A DNA stretch of 64,000 bases, from NCBI GenBank assembly GCA_051530055.1, contig CM121341.1, forward strand, positions 16,346,784-16,410,783. Direction: 5' to 3'. This DNA comes from Neoechinorhynchus agilis. Taxonomy: Eukaryota; Animalia; Acanthocephala. Made by a program: the position numbers and the translations under genes. The notes under the pieces were generated by a model that did no database searches, was not told the origin of the DNA, and worked only from the letters and a program-made list of their open reading frames with translations. This document shows, one piece after another, positions 10,601 through 25,600 of the stretch; the stretch's first letter is position 1, and each line of letters begins with the position of its first letter.

Positions 10601-13600
10601 AAGATTATGCGATAATCTTCAATAAAGGTTTGTTTTCATGTCTCCAGAATCGATTTAGCGATCAGAAAAAATCTGTAACAAAAAGTAGAAATCTGCCCTG
10701 CGTTCTAGCATTTATGATCATGTTCTTTATTGATATTTAGATTGATTTAAATGGAAATTTCGACTTTTGAATGAAAACTGAAAAAGAGAAAATTGTGCGA
10801 TAATCTTCAATAAAGGCTTGGTTTCATGTCTCCAGAATCGATTTAGCGACCAGCAAAAATCTGTAACAAAAAGTAGAAATCTGCCCTGCGTTCTAGCATT
10901 TATGATCATGTACTTTATTGATCTTTAGATTGATTTGAATGGAAATTTCGACTTTTGAATAAAAACTGAAAAAGAGAAGATTATGCGATAATCTTCAATA
11001 AAGGCTTCTTTTCATGTCTCCAGAATCGATTAAGCGACCAGCAAAAATCTGTAACCAAAAGTAGAAATCTGCCCTGCGTTCTAGCATTTATAATCATGTT
11101 CTTTATTGATCTTTAGATTAGTTTGAATGGAAATTTCGACTTTTGAATGAAAACTGAAAAAGAGAAGATTATGCGATAATCTCCAATAAAGGCTTGTTTT
11201 CATGTATCCAGAATCGATTTAGCGATCAGACAAAAAATTGTAACCAAAAGTAGAAATCTGCCCTGCGTTCTAGCATTTATGATCATGTACTTTATTGATC
11301 TTTAGATTGATTTGAATGGAAATTTCGACTTTTTAATGAAAACTGAAAAAGAGAAGATTATGCGATAATCTTCAATAAAGGCTTGGTTTCATGTCTCCAG
11401 AATCGATTTAGCGATCTGAAAAATACTGTAACCAAAAGTAGAAATCTGCCCTGCGTTCTAGCATTTATAATCATGTTCTTTATTGATCTTTAGATTGATT
11501 TGAATGGAAATTTCGACTTTTGAATAAAAACTGAAAAAGAGAAGATTATGCGATAATCTTCAATAAAGGCTTGTTTTCATGTCTCCAGAATCGATTAAGC
11601 GATCAGCAAAAATCTGTAACCAAAAGTTTAAAACTGCCCTGCGTTCTAGCATTTATGATCATGTTCTTTATTGATCTTTAGATTGGTTTGAATGGAAATT
11701 TCAACTTTTGAATGCAAACTGAAAAAGAGAAGATTGTACGATAATCTTCAATAAAGGCTTCTTTTCATATCTCCAGAATCGATTAAGCGATCAGAAAAAA
11801 TCTGTAACAAAAAGTAGAAATCTGCCCTGCGTTCTAGCATTTATGATCATGTTCTTTATTGATATTTAGATTGATTTAAATGGAAATTTCGACTTTTTAA
11901 TGAAAACTGAAAAAGAGAAAATTGTGCGATAATCTTCAATAAAGGCTTGGTTTCATGTCTCCAGAATCGATTTAGCGACCAGCAAAAATCTGTAACAAAA
12001 AGTAGAAATCTGCCCTGCGTTCTAGCATTTATGATCATGTTCTTTATTGATCTTTAGATTGTTTGAATGGAAATTTCTTAATGGAAATTTCGACTTTTGA
12101 ATGAAAACTGAAAAAGAGAAGATTATGCGATAATCTCAATAAAGGCTTGTTTTCATGTCTCCAGAATCGATTTAGCGATCAGAAAAAATTGTAACCAAGT
12201 AGAAATCTGCCCTGCGTTCTAGCATTTATGATCATGTCTTTATTGATCTTTAGATTGTTTAATGGAAATTTCGACTTTTAATGAAAACTGAAAAGAGAAA
12301 TCGATAATCTTCAATAAAGGCTTGTTTCATGTCTCCAGAATCGATTTAGCATCGAAAAATCTGTAACAAAAGTAGAAATCTGCCCTGCGTTCTAGCATTT
12401 ATATCATGTTCTTTATTGATCTTTAGATTGTTTGAATGGAAATTTCGACTTTTGAATAAAACTGAAAAAGAGAAGATTATGCGATAATCTTCAATAAAGC
12501 TTGTTTTCATGTCTCCAGAATCGATTAGCGATTTTTTGTTTTGTTTTTGTTTTTTGTGGTTGTTTTCAATAAAGGCTTTTTCATTTCAGAATCGATTGCG
12601 ACAGAAAAATCTGTAACAAAAGTAGAAATCTGCCCTGCGTTCTAGCATTTATGATCATGTTCTTTATTGATTTTAGATTGATTTAATGGAAATTTCGACT
12701 TTTTAATGAAAACTGAAAAAGAGAAAATTGTGCGATAATCTTCAATAAAGGCTTGGTTTCATGTCTCCAGAATCGATTTAGCGACCAGCAAAAATCTGTA
12801 ACAAAAAGTAGAAATCTGCCCTTCGTTCTAGCATTTATGATCATGTTCTTTATTGATCTTTAGATTGCTTTGAATGGAAATTTCGACTTTTGAATTAAAA
12901 CTGAAAAAGAGAAGATTATGCGATAATCTTCAATAAAGGCTTGTTTTCATGTCTCCAGAATCGATTTAGCGATCAGAAAAAATCTGTAACCTCAAGTAGA
13001 AATCTGCCCTACGTTCTAGCATTTATGATCATGTTCTTTATTGATCTTTAGATTGCTTTGAATGGAAATTCCGACTTTTGAATGAAAACTGAAAAAGAGA
13101 AGATTATGCGATAATCTTCAATAAAAGCTTGTTTTCATGTCTCTAGAATCGATTAAGCGATGAGAAAAATCTGTAACAAAAAGTAGAAATCTGCCCTGCG
13201 TTCTAGCATTTATGATCATGTTCTGTATTGATCTTTAGATTGCTTCGAATGGAAATTTCGACTTTTGAATGAAAACTGAAAAGAGAAGATTGTGCGATAA
13301 TCTTCAATGAAGGCTTGTTTTCATGTCTCCAGAATCGATTTAGCGATCAGAAAAAATCTGTAACCTCAAGTAGAAATCTGCCCTACGTTCTAGCATTTAT
13401 GATCATGTTCTTTATTGATCTTTAGATTGCTTTGAATGGAAATTCCGACTTTTGAATGAAAACTGAAAAAGAGAAGATTATGCGATAATCTTCAATAAAA
13501 GCTTGTTTTCATGTCTCCAGAATCGATTAAGCGATGAGAAAAATCTGTAACAAAAAGTAGAAATCTGCCCTGCGTTCTAGCATTTATGATCATGTTCTTT

Positions 13601-16600
13601 ATTGATCTTTAGATTGCTTTGAATGGAAATTTCGACTTTTGAATGAAAACTGAAAAGAGAAGATTATGCGATAATCTTCAATAAAAGCTTTTTCATGTCT
13701 CCAGAATCGATTAAGCGATGAGAAAAATCTGTAACAAAAAGTAGAAATCTGCCCTGCGTTCTAGCATTTATGATCATGTTCTGTATTGATCTATAGATTA
13801 CTTCGAATGGAAATTTCGACTTTTGAATGAAAACTGAAAAGAGAAGATTATGCGATAATCTTCAATAAAGGCTTGTTTTCATGTCTCCAGAATCGATTTA
13901 GCGACCAGCAAAAATCTGTAACCTCAAGTAGAAATCTGCCCTGCGTTCTAGGATTTATGATCATGTTCTTTATTGATCTTTAGATTGGTTTGAATGGAAA
14001 TTTCGACTTTTGAATGAAAACTGAAAAAGAGAAGATTATGCGATAATCTTCAATAAAGGCTTGTTTTCATGTCTCCAGAATCGATTTAGCGATCAGAAAA
14101 ATCTGTAACCAAGTAGAAATCTGCTGTTGTTTTTTTTGTTGTTGTTGTTTTTTTGGTTGTTTCAGAAAAAATCTGTAACAAGTAGAAATCTGCCCTGCGT
14201 TCTAGCATTTATGATCATGTTCTTTATTGATCTTTAGATTGTTTGAATGGAAATTTCGACTTTTGAATGAAAACTGAAAAAGAGAAGATTATGCGATAAT
14301 CTTCAATAAAGGCTTGTTTTCATGTCTCCAGAATCGATTTAGCGATCAGAAAAAATCTGTAACGAAAAGTAGAAATCTGCCCTGCGTTCTAGCATTTATG
14401 ATCATGTTCTTTATTGATCTTTAGATTGATTTGAATGGAAATTTCGACTTTTTAATGAATACTGAAAAAGAGAAAATTGTGCGATAATCTTCAATAAAGG
14501 CTTGGTTTCATGTCTCCAGAATCGATTTAGCGATCAGAAAAAATCTGTAACCTCAGTAGAAATCTGCCCTACGTTCTAGCATTTATGATCATGTTCTTTA
14601 TTGATCTTTAGATTGCTTTGAATGGAAATTCCGACTTTTGAATGAAAACTGAAAAAGAGAAGATTATGCGATAATCTTCAATAAAAGCTTGTTTTCATGT
14701 CTCCAGAATCGATTAAGCGATGAGAAAAATCTGTAACAAAAAGTAGAAATCTTCCCTGCGTTCTAGGATTTATACCACGTACTTTATTGATCTTTAGATT
14801 GGTTTGAATGGAAATTTCGACTTTTGAATGAAAACTGAAGAAGAGAAGATTATGCGATAATCTTCAATAAAAGCTTGTTTTCATGTCTCCAGAATCGATT
14901 AAGCGATGAGAAAAATCTGTAACAAAAAGTAGAAATCTGCCCTGCGTTCTAGCATTTATGATCATGTTCTGTATTGATCTATAGATTGCTTCGAATGGAA
15001 ATTTCGACTTTTGAATTCAAACTGAAAAAGAGAAGATTATGCGATAATCTTCAATAAAGGCTTCTTTTCATGTCTCCAGAATCGATTTAGCGACCAGCAA
15101 AAATCTGTAACCTCAAGTAGAAATTTGCCCTGCGTTCTAGGAATTATGATCATGTTCTTTATTGATCTTTAGATTGGTTTGAATGGAAATTTCGACTTTT
15201 GAATGAAAACTGAAAAGAGAAGATTGTGCGATAATCTTCAATGAAGGCTTGTTTTCATGTCTCCAGAATCGATTTAGCCACCAGCAAAAATCTGTAACCT
15301 CAAGTAGAAATCTGCCCTACGTTCTAGGATTTAATACCACGTTCTTTATTGATCTTTAGATTGGTTTGAATGGAAATTTCGACTTTTGAATGAAAACTGA
15401 AGAAGAGAAGATTATGCGATAATCTTCAATAAAGGCTCGTTTTCATGTCTCCAGAATCGATTTAGCGATCAGAAAAAATTTGTAACCAAAAGTAGAAATT
15501 TGCCCTGCGTTCTAGCATTTATGATCATGTTCTTTATTGATCTTTAGATTGCTTTGAATGGAAATTCCGACTTTTGAATGAAAACTGAAAAAGAGAAGAT
15601 TATGCGATAATCTTCAATAAAAGCTTGTTTTCATGTCTCCAGAATCGATTAAGCGATGAGAAAAATCTGTAACAAAAAGTAGAAATCTGCCCTGCGTTCT
15701 AGCATTTATGATCATGTTCTGTATTGATCTTTAGATTGCTTCGAATGGAAATTTCGACTTTTGAATGAAAACTGAAAAGAGAAGATTGTGCGATAATCTT
15801 CAATGAAGGCTTGTTTTCATGTCTCCAGAATCGATTTAGCGATCAGAAAAAATCTGTAACCTCAAGTAGAAATCTGCCCTACGTTCTAGCATTTATGATC
15901 ATGTTCTTTATTGATCTTTAGATTGCTTTGAATGGAAATTCCGACTTTTGAATGAAAACTGAAAAAGAGAAGATTATGCGATAATCTTCAATAAAGGCTT
16001 GTTTTCATGTCTCCAGAATCGATTTAGCGACCAGCAAAAATCTGTAACGAATAGGAGAAATCTGCCCTGCGTTCTAGCATTTATGATCATGTTCTTTATT
16101 GATCTTTAGATTGATTTGAATGGAAATTTCGACTTTTTAATGAATACTGAAAAAGAGAAAATTGTGCGATAATCTTCAATAAAGGCTTGGTTTCATGTCT
16201 CCAGAATCGATTTAGCGACCAGCAAAAATCTGTAACAAAAAGTAGAAATCTGCCCTGCGTTCTAGCATTTATGATCATGTTCTTTATTGATCTTTAGATT
16301 GCTTTGAATGGAAATTTCGACTTTTGAATTAAAACTGAAAAAGAGAAGATTATGCGATAATCTTCAATAAAGGCTTGGTTTCATGTCTCAGAATCGATTT
16401 AGCGATCAGAAAAAATCTGTAACCTCAAGTAGAAATCTGCCCTACGTTCTAGCATTTATGATCATGTTCTTTATTGATCTTTAGATTGCTTTGAATGGAA
16501 ATTTCGACTTTTGAATGAAAACTGAAGAAAAGATTTGATAATCTTCAATAAAAGCTTGTTTTCATGTCTCCAGAATCGATTAAGCGATGAGAAAAATCTG

Positions 16601-19600
16601 TAACAAAAAGTAGAAATCTGCCCTGCGTTCTAGCATTTATGATCATGTTCTGTATTGATCTATAGATTGCTTCGAATGGAAATTTCGACTTTTGAATGCA
16701 AACTGAAAAAGAGAAGATTATGCGATAATCTTCAATAAAGGCTTCTTTTCATGTCTCCAGAATCGATTTAGCGACCAGCAAAAATCTGTAACCTCAAGTA
16801 GAAATTTGCCCTGCGTTCTAGGAATTATGATCATGTTCTTTATTGATCTTTAGATTGGTTTGAATGGAAATTTCGACTTTTGAATGAAAACTGAAAAGAG
16901 AAGATTGTGCGATAATCTTCAATGAAGGCTTGTTTTCATGTCTCCAGAATCGATTTAGCCATCAGCAAAAATCTGTAACCTCAAGTAGAAATCTGCCCTA
17001 CGTTCTAGGATTTAATACCACGTTCTTTATTGATCTTTAGATTGGTTTGAATGGAAATTTCGACTTTTGAATGAAAACTGAAGAAGAGAAGATTATGCGA
17101 TAATCTTCAATAAAGGCTCGTTTTCATGTCTCCAGAATCGATTTAGCGATCAGAAAAAAATTTGTAACCAAAAGTAGAAATTTGCCCTGCGTTCTAGCAT
17201 TTATGATCATGTTCTTTATTGATCTTTAGATTGCTTTGAATGGAAATTCCGACTTTTGAATGAAAACTGAAAAAGAGAAGATTATGCGATAATCTTCAAT
17301 AAAAGCTTGTTTTCATGTCTCCAGAATCGATTAAGCGATGAGAAAAATCTGTAACAAAAAGTAGAAATCTGCCCTGCGTTCTAGCATTTATGAACATGTT
17401 CTGTATTGATCTTTAGATTGCTTCGAATGGAAATTTCGACTTTTGAATGAAAACTGAAAAGAGAAGATTGTGCGATAATCTTCAATGAAGGCTTGTTTTC
17501 ATGTCTCCAGAATCGATTTAGCGATCAGAAAAAATCTGTAACAAGTAGAAATCTGCCCTACGTTCTAGCATTTATGATCATGTTCTTTATTGATCTTTAG
17601 ATTGCTTTGAATGGAAATCCGACTTTTGAATGAAAACTGAAAAAGAAGATTATGCGATAATCTTCAATAAAAGCTTGTTTTCATGTCTCCGAATCGATTA
17701 AGCGATGAGAAAAATCTGTAACAAAAAGTAGAAATCTGCCCTGCGTTCTAGCATTTATGATCATGTTCTTTATTGATCTTTAGATTGCTTTGAATGGAAA
17801 TTTCGACTTTTGAATGAAAACTGAAAAGAGAAGATTGTGCGATAATCTTCAATGAAGGCTTGTTTTCATGTCTCCAGAATCGATTTAGCGATCAGAAAAA
17901 ATCTGTAACCTCAAGTAGAAATCTGCCCTACGTTCTAGGATTTATGATCACGTTCTTTATTGATCTTTAGATTGGTTTGAATGGAAATTTCGACTTTTGA
18001 ATGAAAACTGAAAAAGAGAAGATTATGCGATAATCTTCAATAAAGGCTTGTTTTCATGTCTCCAGAATCGATTTAGCGATCAGAAAAAATTTGTAACCAA
18101 AAGTAGAAATCTGCCCTGCGTTCTAGCATTTATGATCATGTTCTTTATTGATCTTTAGATTGCTTTGAATGGAAATTTCGACTTTTGAATGAAAACTGAA
18201 AAAGAGAAGATTATGCGATAATCTTCAATAAAGGCTTGTTTTCATGTCTCCAGAATCGATTTAGCGATCAGAAAAAATCTGTAACCTCAAGTAGAAATTT
18301 GCCCTGCGTTCTAGGATTTATGATCATGTTCTTTATTGATCTTTAGATTGGTTTGAATGGAAATTTCGACTTTTGAATGAAAACTGAAAAAGAGAAGATT
18401 ATGCGATAATCTTCAATGAAGGCTTGTTTTCATGTCTCCAGAATCGATTTAGCGATCAGAAAAACCTGTAAATAAAAGTAGAAATCTTCCCTGCGTTCTA
18501 GGATTTATAATCATGTTCTTTATTGATGTTTAGATTGGTTTGAATGGAAATTTCGACTTTTTAATGAAAACTGAAAAAGAGAAGATTATGCGATAATCTT
18601 CAATAAAGGCTTGTTTTCATGTCTCCAGAATCGATTTAGCGATCACCAAAAGTCTGTAACCAAAAGTAGAAATTTGCCCTGCGTTCTAGGATTTATGATC
18701 ATGTTCTTTATTGATCTTTAGATTGGTTTGAATGGAAATTTCGACTTTTGAATGCAAACTGAAAAAGAGAAGATTATACGATAATCTTCAATAAAGGCTT
18801 GTTTTCATGTCTCCAGAATCGATTTAGCGATCAGAAAAAATCTGTAACCAAAAGTAGAAATCTGCCCTGCGTTCTAGCATTTATGATCATGTTCTTTATT
18901 GATCTTTAGATTGCTTTGAATGGAAATTTCGACTTTTGAATGAAAACTTAAAAAGAGAAGATTATGCGATAATCTTCAATAAAGGCTTGTATTCATGTCT
19001 CCAGAATCGAGTTAGCGATCAGAAAAAAATTGTTACCAAAAGTAGAAATTTGCACTGCGTTCTAGCATTTATGATCATGTTCTTTATTTATCTTTATATT
19101 GCTTTGAATGGAAATTTCGACTTTTTAATGAAAACTGAACAAGAGAAGATTATGCGATAATCTTAATGAAGGCTTGTTTTCACGTCTCTAGAATCGATTT
19201 AGCGATCAGAAAAAATCTGTAACCAAAAGTAGAAATCTGCCCTGCGTTGATTTATGATCATGTTTTATTGATCTTTAGATTGTTTAATGGAAATTTCGAC
19301 TTTTGAATGAATACTGAAAAAGAGAAAATTGTGCGATAATCTTCAATAAAGGCTTGGTTTCATGTTCCAGAATCGATTGCGATCAGAAAAAATCTGTAAC
19401 CAAAAGAGAAATCTGCCCTGCGTTCTAGCATTTATGATCATGTTCTTTATTGATCTTTAGATTGATTTGAATGGAAATTTCGACTTTTGAATTAAAACTG
19501 AAAAAGAGAAAATTATGCGATAATCTCCAATAAAGGCTTGTTTTCATGTCTCCAGAATCGATTTAGCGATCTGAAAAATCTGTAACCAAAAGTAGAAATC

Positions 19601-22600
19601 TGCATTGCGTTCTAGCATTTATGATCATGTTCTCTATTGATCTTTAGATTGATTTAAATGGAAATTTCGACTTTTGAATGAATACTGAAAAAGAGAAAAT
19701 TGTGCGATAATCTTCAATAAAGGCTTGGTTTCATGTCTCCAGAATCGATTAGGCGATCAGAAAAAATCTGTAACCAAAAGCAGAAATCTGCCCTGCGTTC
19801 TAGCATTTATGATCATGTTCTTTATTGATCTTTAGATTGCTTTGAATGGAAATTTCGACTTTTGAATTAAAACTGAAAAAGAGAAGATTATGCGATAATC
19901 TTCAATAAAGGCTTGGTTTCATGTCTCCAGAATCGATTTAGCGATCAGAAAAAATCTGTAACCTCAAGTAGAAATCTGCCCTACGTTCTAGCATTTATGA
20001 TCATGTTCTTTATTGATCTTTAGATTGCTTTGAATGGAAATTTCGACTTTTTAATGAAAACTGAATTATGCGATAATCTTCAATAAAAGCTTGTTTTCAT
20101 GTCTCCAGAATCGATTAAGCGATCAGCAAAAACCTGTAACAAAAAGTAGAAATCTGCCCTGCGTTCTAGCATTTATGATCATGTTGTTTATTGATCTTTA
20201 GATTTATTTAAATGGAAATTTCGACTTTTGAATGAATACCAAAAAAGAGAAAATTGTGCGATAATCTTCAATAAAGGCTTGGTTTCATGTATCCAGAATC
20301 GATTAGGCGATCAGAAAAAATCTGTAACCAAAAGCAGAAATCTGCTCTGCGTTCTAGCATTCATGATCATGTTCTTTATTGATCTTTAGATTCATTCGAA
20401 TGGAAATTTCGACTTTTGAATGAAAACTGAAAAAGAGAAGATTATGCGATAATCTTCAATAAAGGCTCGTTTTCATGTCTCCAGAATCGATTTAGCGATC
20501 AGAAAAAAATTTGTAACCAAAAGTAGAAACCTGCCCTGCGTTCTAGCATTGATGTTCATGTTCTTTATTGACCCTTAGATTGCTCTGAATGGAAATTTCG
20601 ACTTTTGAATGAAAACTTAACAAGAGAAGATTATGCGATAATCTTCAATAAAGGCTTGTTTTCATGTCTCCAGAATCGATTTAGCGATCAGAAAAAATTT
20701 GTAACCAAAAGTAGAAATCTGCCCTACGTTCTAGCATTTATGATCATGTTCGTTATTGATCTTTGGATTTATTTAAATGGAAATTTCGACTTTTGAATGA
20801 AAACTGAAAAAGAGAAGATTATGCGATAATCTCCAATAAAGGCTTGTTTTCATGTCTCCAGAATCGATTTAGTGATCAGAAAAAATCAGTAACCAAAAGT
20901 AGAAATCTGCCCTGCGCTCTAGCATTTATAATCATGCTCTTCATTGATCTTTAGATTGATTCGAATGGAAATTTCGACTATTGAATGCAAACTGAAAAAG
21001 AGAGGATTGTGCGATAATCATCAATAAAGGCTTGTTTTCATATCTCCAGAATCGATTTAGCGACCAGCAAAAATCTGTAACAATAAGCAGAAATCTGCCC
21101 TGCGTTCTAGCATTTATGATCATGTTCTTTTTTGATCTTTAGATTGATTTAAATGGAAATTTCGACTTTTGAATGCAAACTCAAAAAGAGAAGATTGTGC
21201 GATAATCTTCAATAAAGGCTTGTTTTCATATCTCCAGAATCGATTTAGCGACCAGCAAAAATCTGTAACCATAAGCAGAAATCTGCCCTGCGTTCTAGCA
21301 TTTATGATCATATTCTTTATTGATCTTTAGATTGATTTGAATGGAAATTTCGGCTTTTGAATAAAAACTGAAAAAGAGAAGATTATGCGATAATCTTCAA
21401 TAAAGGCTTGTTTGTCAGGTTTCCAGAATCGATTAAGCGATCAGCAAATATATGTAACGAAAAGTAGAAATCTGCCCTGCGTTCTAGCATTTATGATCAT
21501 GTTATTTATTGATCTTTAGATTGATTTAAATGGAAATTTCGACTTTTGAATGAATACTGAAAAAGAGAAAATTGTGCGATAATCTTCAATAAAGGCTTGG
21601 TTTTATGTCTCCAGAATCGATTTAGCGATCAGAAAAAATCAGTAACCAAAAGTAGAAATCTGCCCTGCGCTCTAGCATTTATACTCAATCTCTTCATTGA
21701 TCTTTAGATTGATTCGAATGGAAATTTCGACTATTGAATGCAAACTGAAAAAGAGAGGATTGTGCGATAATCTTCAATAAAGGCTTGTTTTCATGTCTCC
21801 CGAATCGATTAAGCGATCAGCAAAAATCTGTAACGAAAAGTAGAAATCTGCCCTGCGTTCTAGCATTTATGATCATGTTCTTTATTGATCTTTAGGTTGA
21901 TTTGAATTTAAATTTCGACTTTTGAATGAAAACTGAAAAAGAGAAGATTATGCGACAATCTTCAATAAAGGATTGTTTTGATGTCTCCAGAATCGATTTA
22001 GCGATCAGAAAAAAATTTGTAACCAAAAGTAGAAATCTGCCCTGCGTTCTAGCATTTATAATCATGCTCTTCATTGATCTTTAGATTGATTCGAATGGAA
22101 ATTTCGACTATTGAATGCAAACTGAAAAAGAGAAGATTATACGATAATCTTCAATATAGGCTTGTTTTCATGTCTCCAGAATCGATTTAGCGATCAGAAA
22201 AAATCTTGAACCAAAAGTAGAAATCTGCCCTTCGTTCTAGCATTTATGATCATGCTCTTTATTGATCTTTAGATTGCTTTGAATGGAAATTTCGAATTTT
22301 GAATGAAAACTTAAAAAGAGAAGATTATGCGATAATCTTCAATAAAGGCTTGTATTCATGTCTCCAGAATCGAGTTAGCGATCAGAAAAAAAATTGTTAC
22401 CAAAAGTAGAAATCTGCACTGCGTTCTAGCATTTATGATCATGTTCTTTATTTATCTTTATATTGCTTTGAATGGAAATTTCGACTTTTTAATGAAAACT
22501 GAAAAAGAGAAGATTATGCGATAATCTTCAATGAAGGCTTGTTTTCATGTCTCCAGAATCGATTTAGCGATCAGAAAAAATCTGTAACCAAAAGTAGAAA

Positions 22601-25600
22601 TCTGCCCTGCGTTCCAGCATTTATGATCATGTTCTCTATTGATCTTTAGATTGATTTAAATGGAAATTTCGACTTTTGAATGAATACTGAAAAAGAGAAA
22701 ATTGTGCGATAATCTTCAATAAAGGCTTGGTTTCATGTATCCAGAATCGATTAGGCGATCAGAAAAAATCTGTAACCAAAAGCAGAAATCTGCCCTGCGT
22801 TCTAGCATTCATGATCATGTTCTTTATTGATCTTTAGATTGATTCGAATGGAAATTTCGACTTTTGAATTAAAACTGAAAAAGAGAAGATTATGCGATAA
22901 TCTCCAATAAAGGCATGTTTTCATGTCTCCAGAATCGATTTAGCGATCTGAAAAATACTGTAACCAAAAGTAGAAATCTGCATTGCGTTCTAGCATTTAT
23001 GATCATGTTCTCTATTGATCTTTAGATTGATTTAAATGGAAATTTCGACATTTGAATGAATACTGAAAAAGAGAAAATTGTGCGATAATCTTCAATAAAC
23101 GCTTGGTTTCATGTATCCAGAATCGATTAGGCGATCAGAAAAAATCTGTAACCAAAAGCAGAAATCTGCCCTGCGTTCTAGCATTCATGATCATGTTCTT
23201 TATTGATCTTTAGATTGCTTTGAATGGAAATTTCGACTTTTGAATTAAAACTGAAAAAGAGAAGATTATGCGATAATCTTCAATAAAGGCTTGGTTTCAT
23301 GTCTCCAGAATCGATTTAGCGATCAGAAAAAATCTGTAACCTCAAGTAGAAATCTGCCCTACGTTCTAGCATTTATGATCATGTTCTTTATTGATCTTTA
23401 GATTGCTTTGAATGGAAATTTCGACTTTTTAATGAAAACTGAATTATGCGATAATCTTCAATAAAAGCTTGTTTTCATGTCTCCAGAATCGATTAAGCGA
23501 TCAGCAAAAACCTGTAACAAAAAGTAGAAATCTGCCCTGCGTTCTAGCATTTATGATCATGTTGTTTATTGATCTTTAGATTTATTTAAATGGAAATTTC
23601 AACTTTTGAATGAATACCAAAAAAGAGAAAATTGTGCGATAATCTTCAATAAAGGCTTGGTTTCATGTATCCAGAATCGATTAGGCGATCAGAAAAAATC
23701 TGTAACCAAAAGCAGAAATCTGCTCTGCGTTCTAGCATTCATGATCATGTTCTTTATTGATCTTTAGATTCATTCGAATGGAAATTTCGACTTTTGAATG
23801 AAAACTGAAAAAGAGAAGATTATGCGATAATCTTCAATAAAGGCTCGTTTTCATGTCTCCAGAATCGATTTAGCGATCAGAAAAAAATTTGTAACCAAAA
23901 GTAGAAACCTGCCCTGCGTTCTAGCATTGATGTTCATGTTCTTTATTGACCCTTAGATTGCTCTGAATGGAAATTTCGACTTTTGAATGAAAACTTAACA
24001 AGAGAAGATTATGCGATAATCTTCAATAAAGGCTTGTTTTCATGTCTCCAGAATCGATTTAGCGATCAGAAAAAATTTGTAACCAAAAGTAGAAATCTGC
24101 CCTACGTTCTAGCATTTATGATCATGTTCGTTATTGATCTTTGGATTTATTTAAATGGAAATTTCGACTTTTGAATGAAAACTGAAAAAGAGAAGATTAT
24201 GCGATAATCTCCAATAAAGGCTTGTTTTCATGTCTCCAGAATCGATTTAGTGATCAGAAAAAATCAGTAACCAAAAGTAGAAATCTGCCCTGCGCTCTAG
24301 CATTTATAATCATGCTCTTCATTGATCTTTAGATTGATTCGAATGGAAATTTCGACTATTGAATGCAAACTGAAAAAGAGAGGATTGTGCGATAATCATC
24401 AATAAAGGCTTGTTTTCATATCTCCAGAATCGATTTAGCGACCAGCAAAAATCTGTAACAATAAGCAGAAATCTGCCCTGCGTTCTAGCATTTATGATCA
24501 TGTTCTTTTTTGATCTTTAGATTGATTTAAATGGAAATTTCGACTTTTGAATGCAAACTCAAAAAGAGAAGATTGTGCGATAATCTTCAATAAAGGCTTG
24601 TTTTCATATCTCCAGAATCGATTTAGCGACCAGCAAAAATCTGTAACCATAAGCAGAAATCTGCCCTGCGTTCTAGCATTTATGATCATATTCTTTATTG
24701 ATCTTTAGATTGATTTGAATGGAAATTTCGGCTTTTGAATAAAAACTGAAAAAGAGAAGATTATGCGATAATCTTCAATAAAGGCTTGTTTGTCAGGTTT
24801 CCAGAATCGATTAAGCGATCAGCAAATATATGTAACGAAAAGTAGAAATCTGCCCTGCGTTCTAGCATTTATGATCATGTTATTTATTGATCTTTAGATT
24901 GATTTAAATGGAAATTTCGACTTTTGAATGAATACTGAAAAAGAGAAAATTGTGCGATAATCTTCAATAAAGGCTTGGTTTTATGTCTCCAGAATCGATT
25001 TAGCGATCAGAAAAAATCAGTAACCAAAAGTAGAAATCTGCCCTGCGCTCTAGCATTTATACTCAATCTCTTCATTGATCTTTAGATTGATTCGAATGGA
25101 AATTTCGACTATTGAATGCAAACTGAAAAAGAGAGGATTGTGCGATAATCTTCAATAAAGGCTTGTTTTCATGTCTCCCGAATCGATTAAGCGATCAGCA
25201 AAAATCTGTAACGAAAAGTAGAAATCTGCCCTGCGTTCTAGCATTTATGATCATGTTCTTTATTGATCTTTAGGTTGATTTGAATTTAAATTTCGACTTT
25301 TGAATGAAAACTGAAAAAGAGAAGATTATGCGACAATCTTCAATAAAGGATTGTTTTGATGTCTCCAGAATCGATTTAGCGATCAGAAAAAAATTTGTAA
25401 CCAAAAGTAGAAATCTGCCCTGCGTTCTAGCATTTATAATCATGCTCTTCATTGATCTTTAGATTGATTCGAATGGAAATTTCGACTATTGAATGCAAAC
25501 TGAAAAAGAGAAGATTATACGATAATCTTCAATATAGGCTTGTTTTCATGTCTCCAGAATCGATTTAGCGATCAGAAAAAATCTTGAACCAAAAGTAGAA

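Noticed and set aside
12531-14165. G/T-only patches at ~12531-12600 and ~14125-14160 replacing parts of monomers
   Set aside because: They coincide with indel-rich monomers and most likely reflect long-read consensus artefacts rather than biology.
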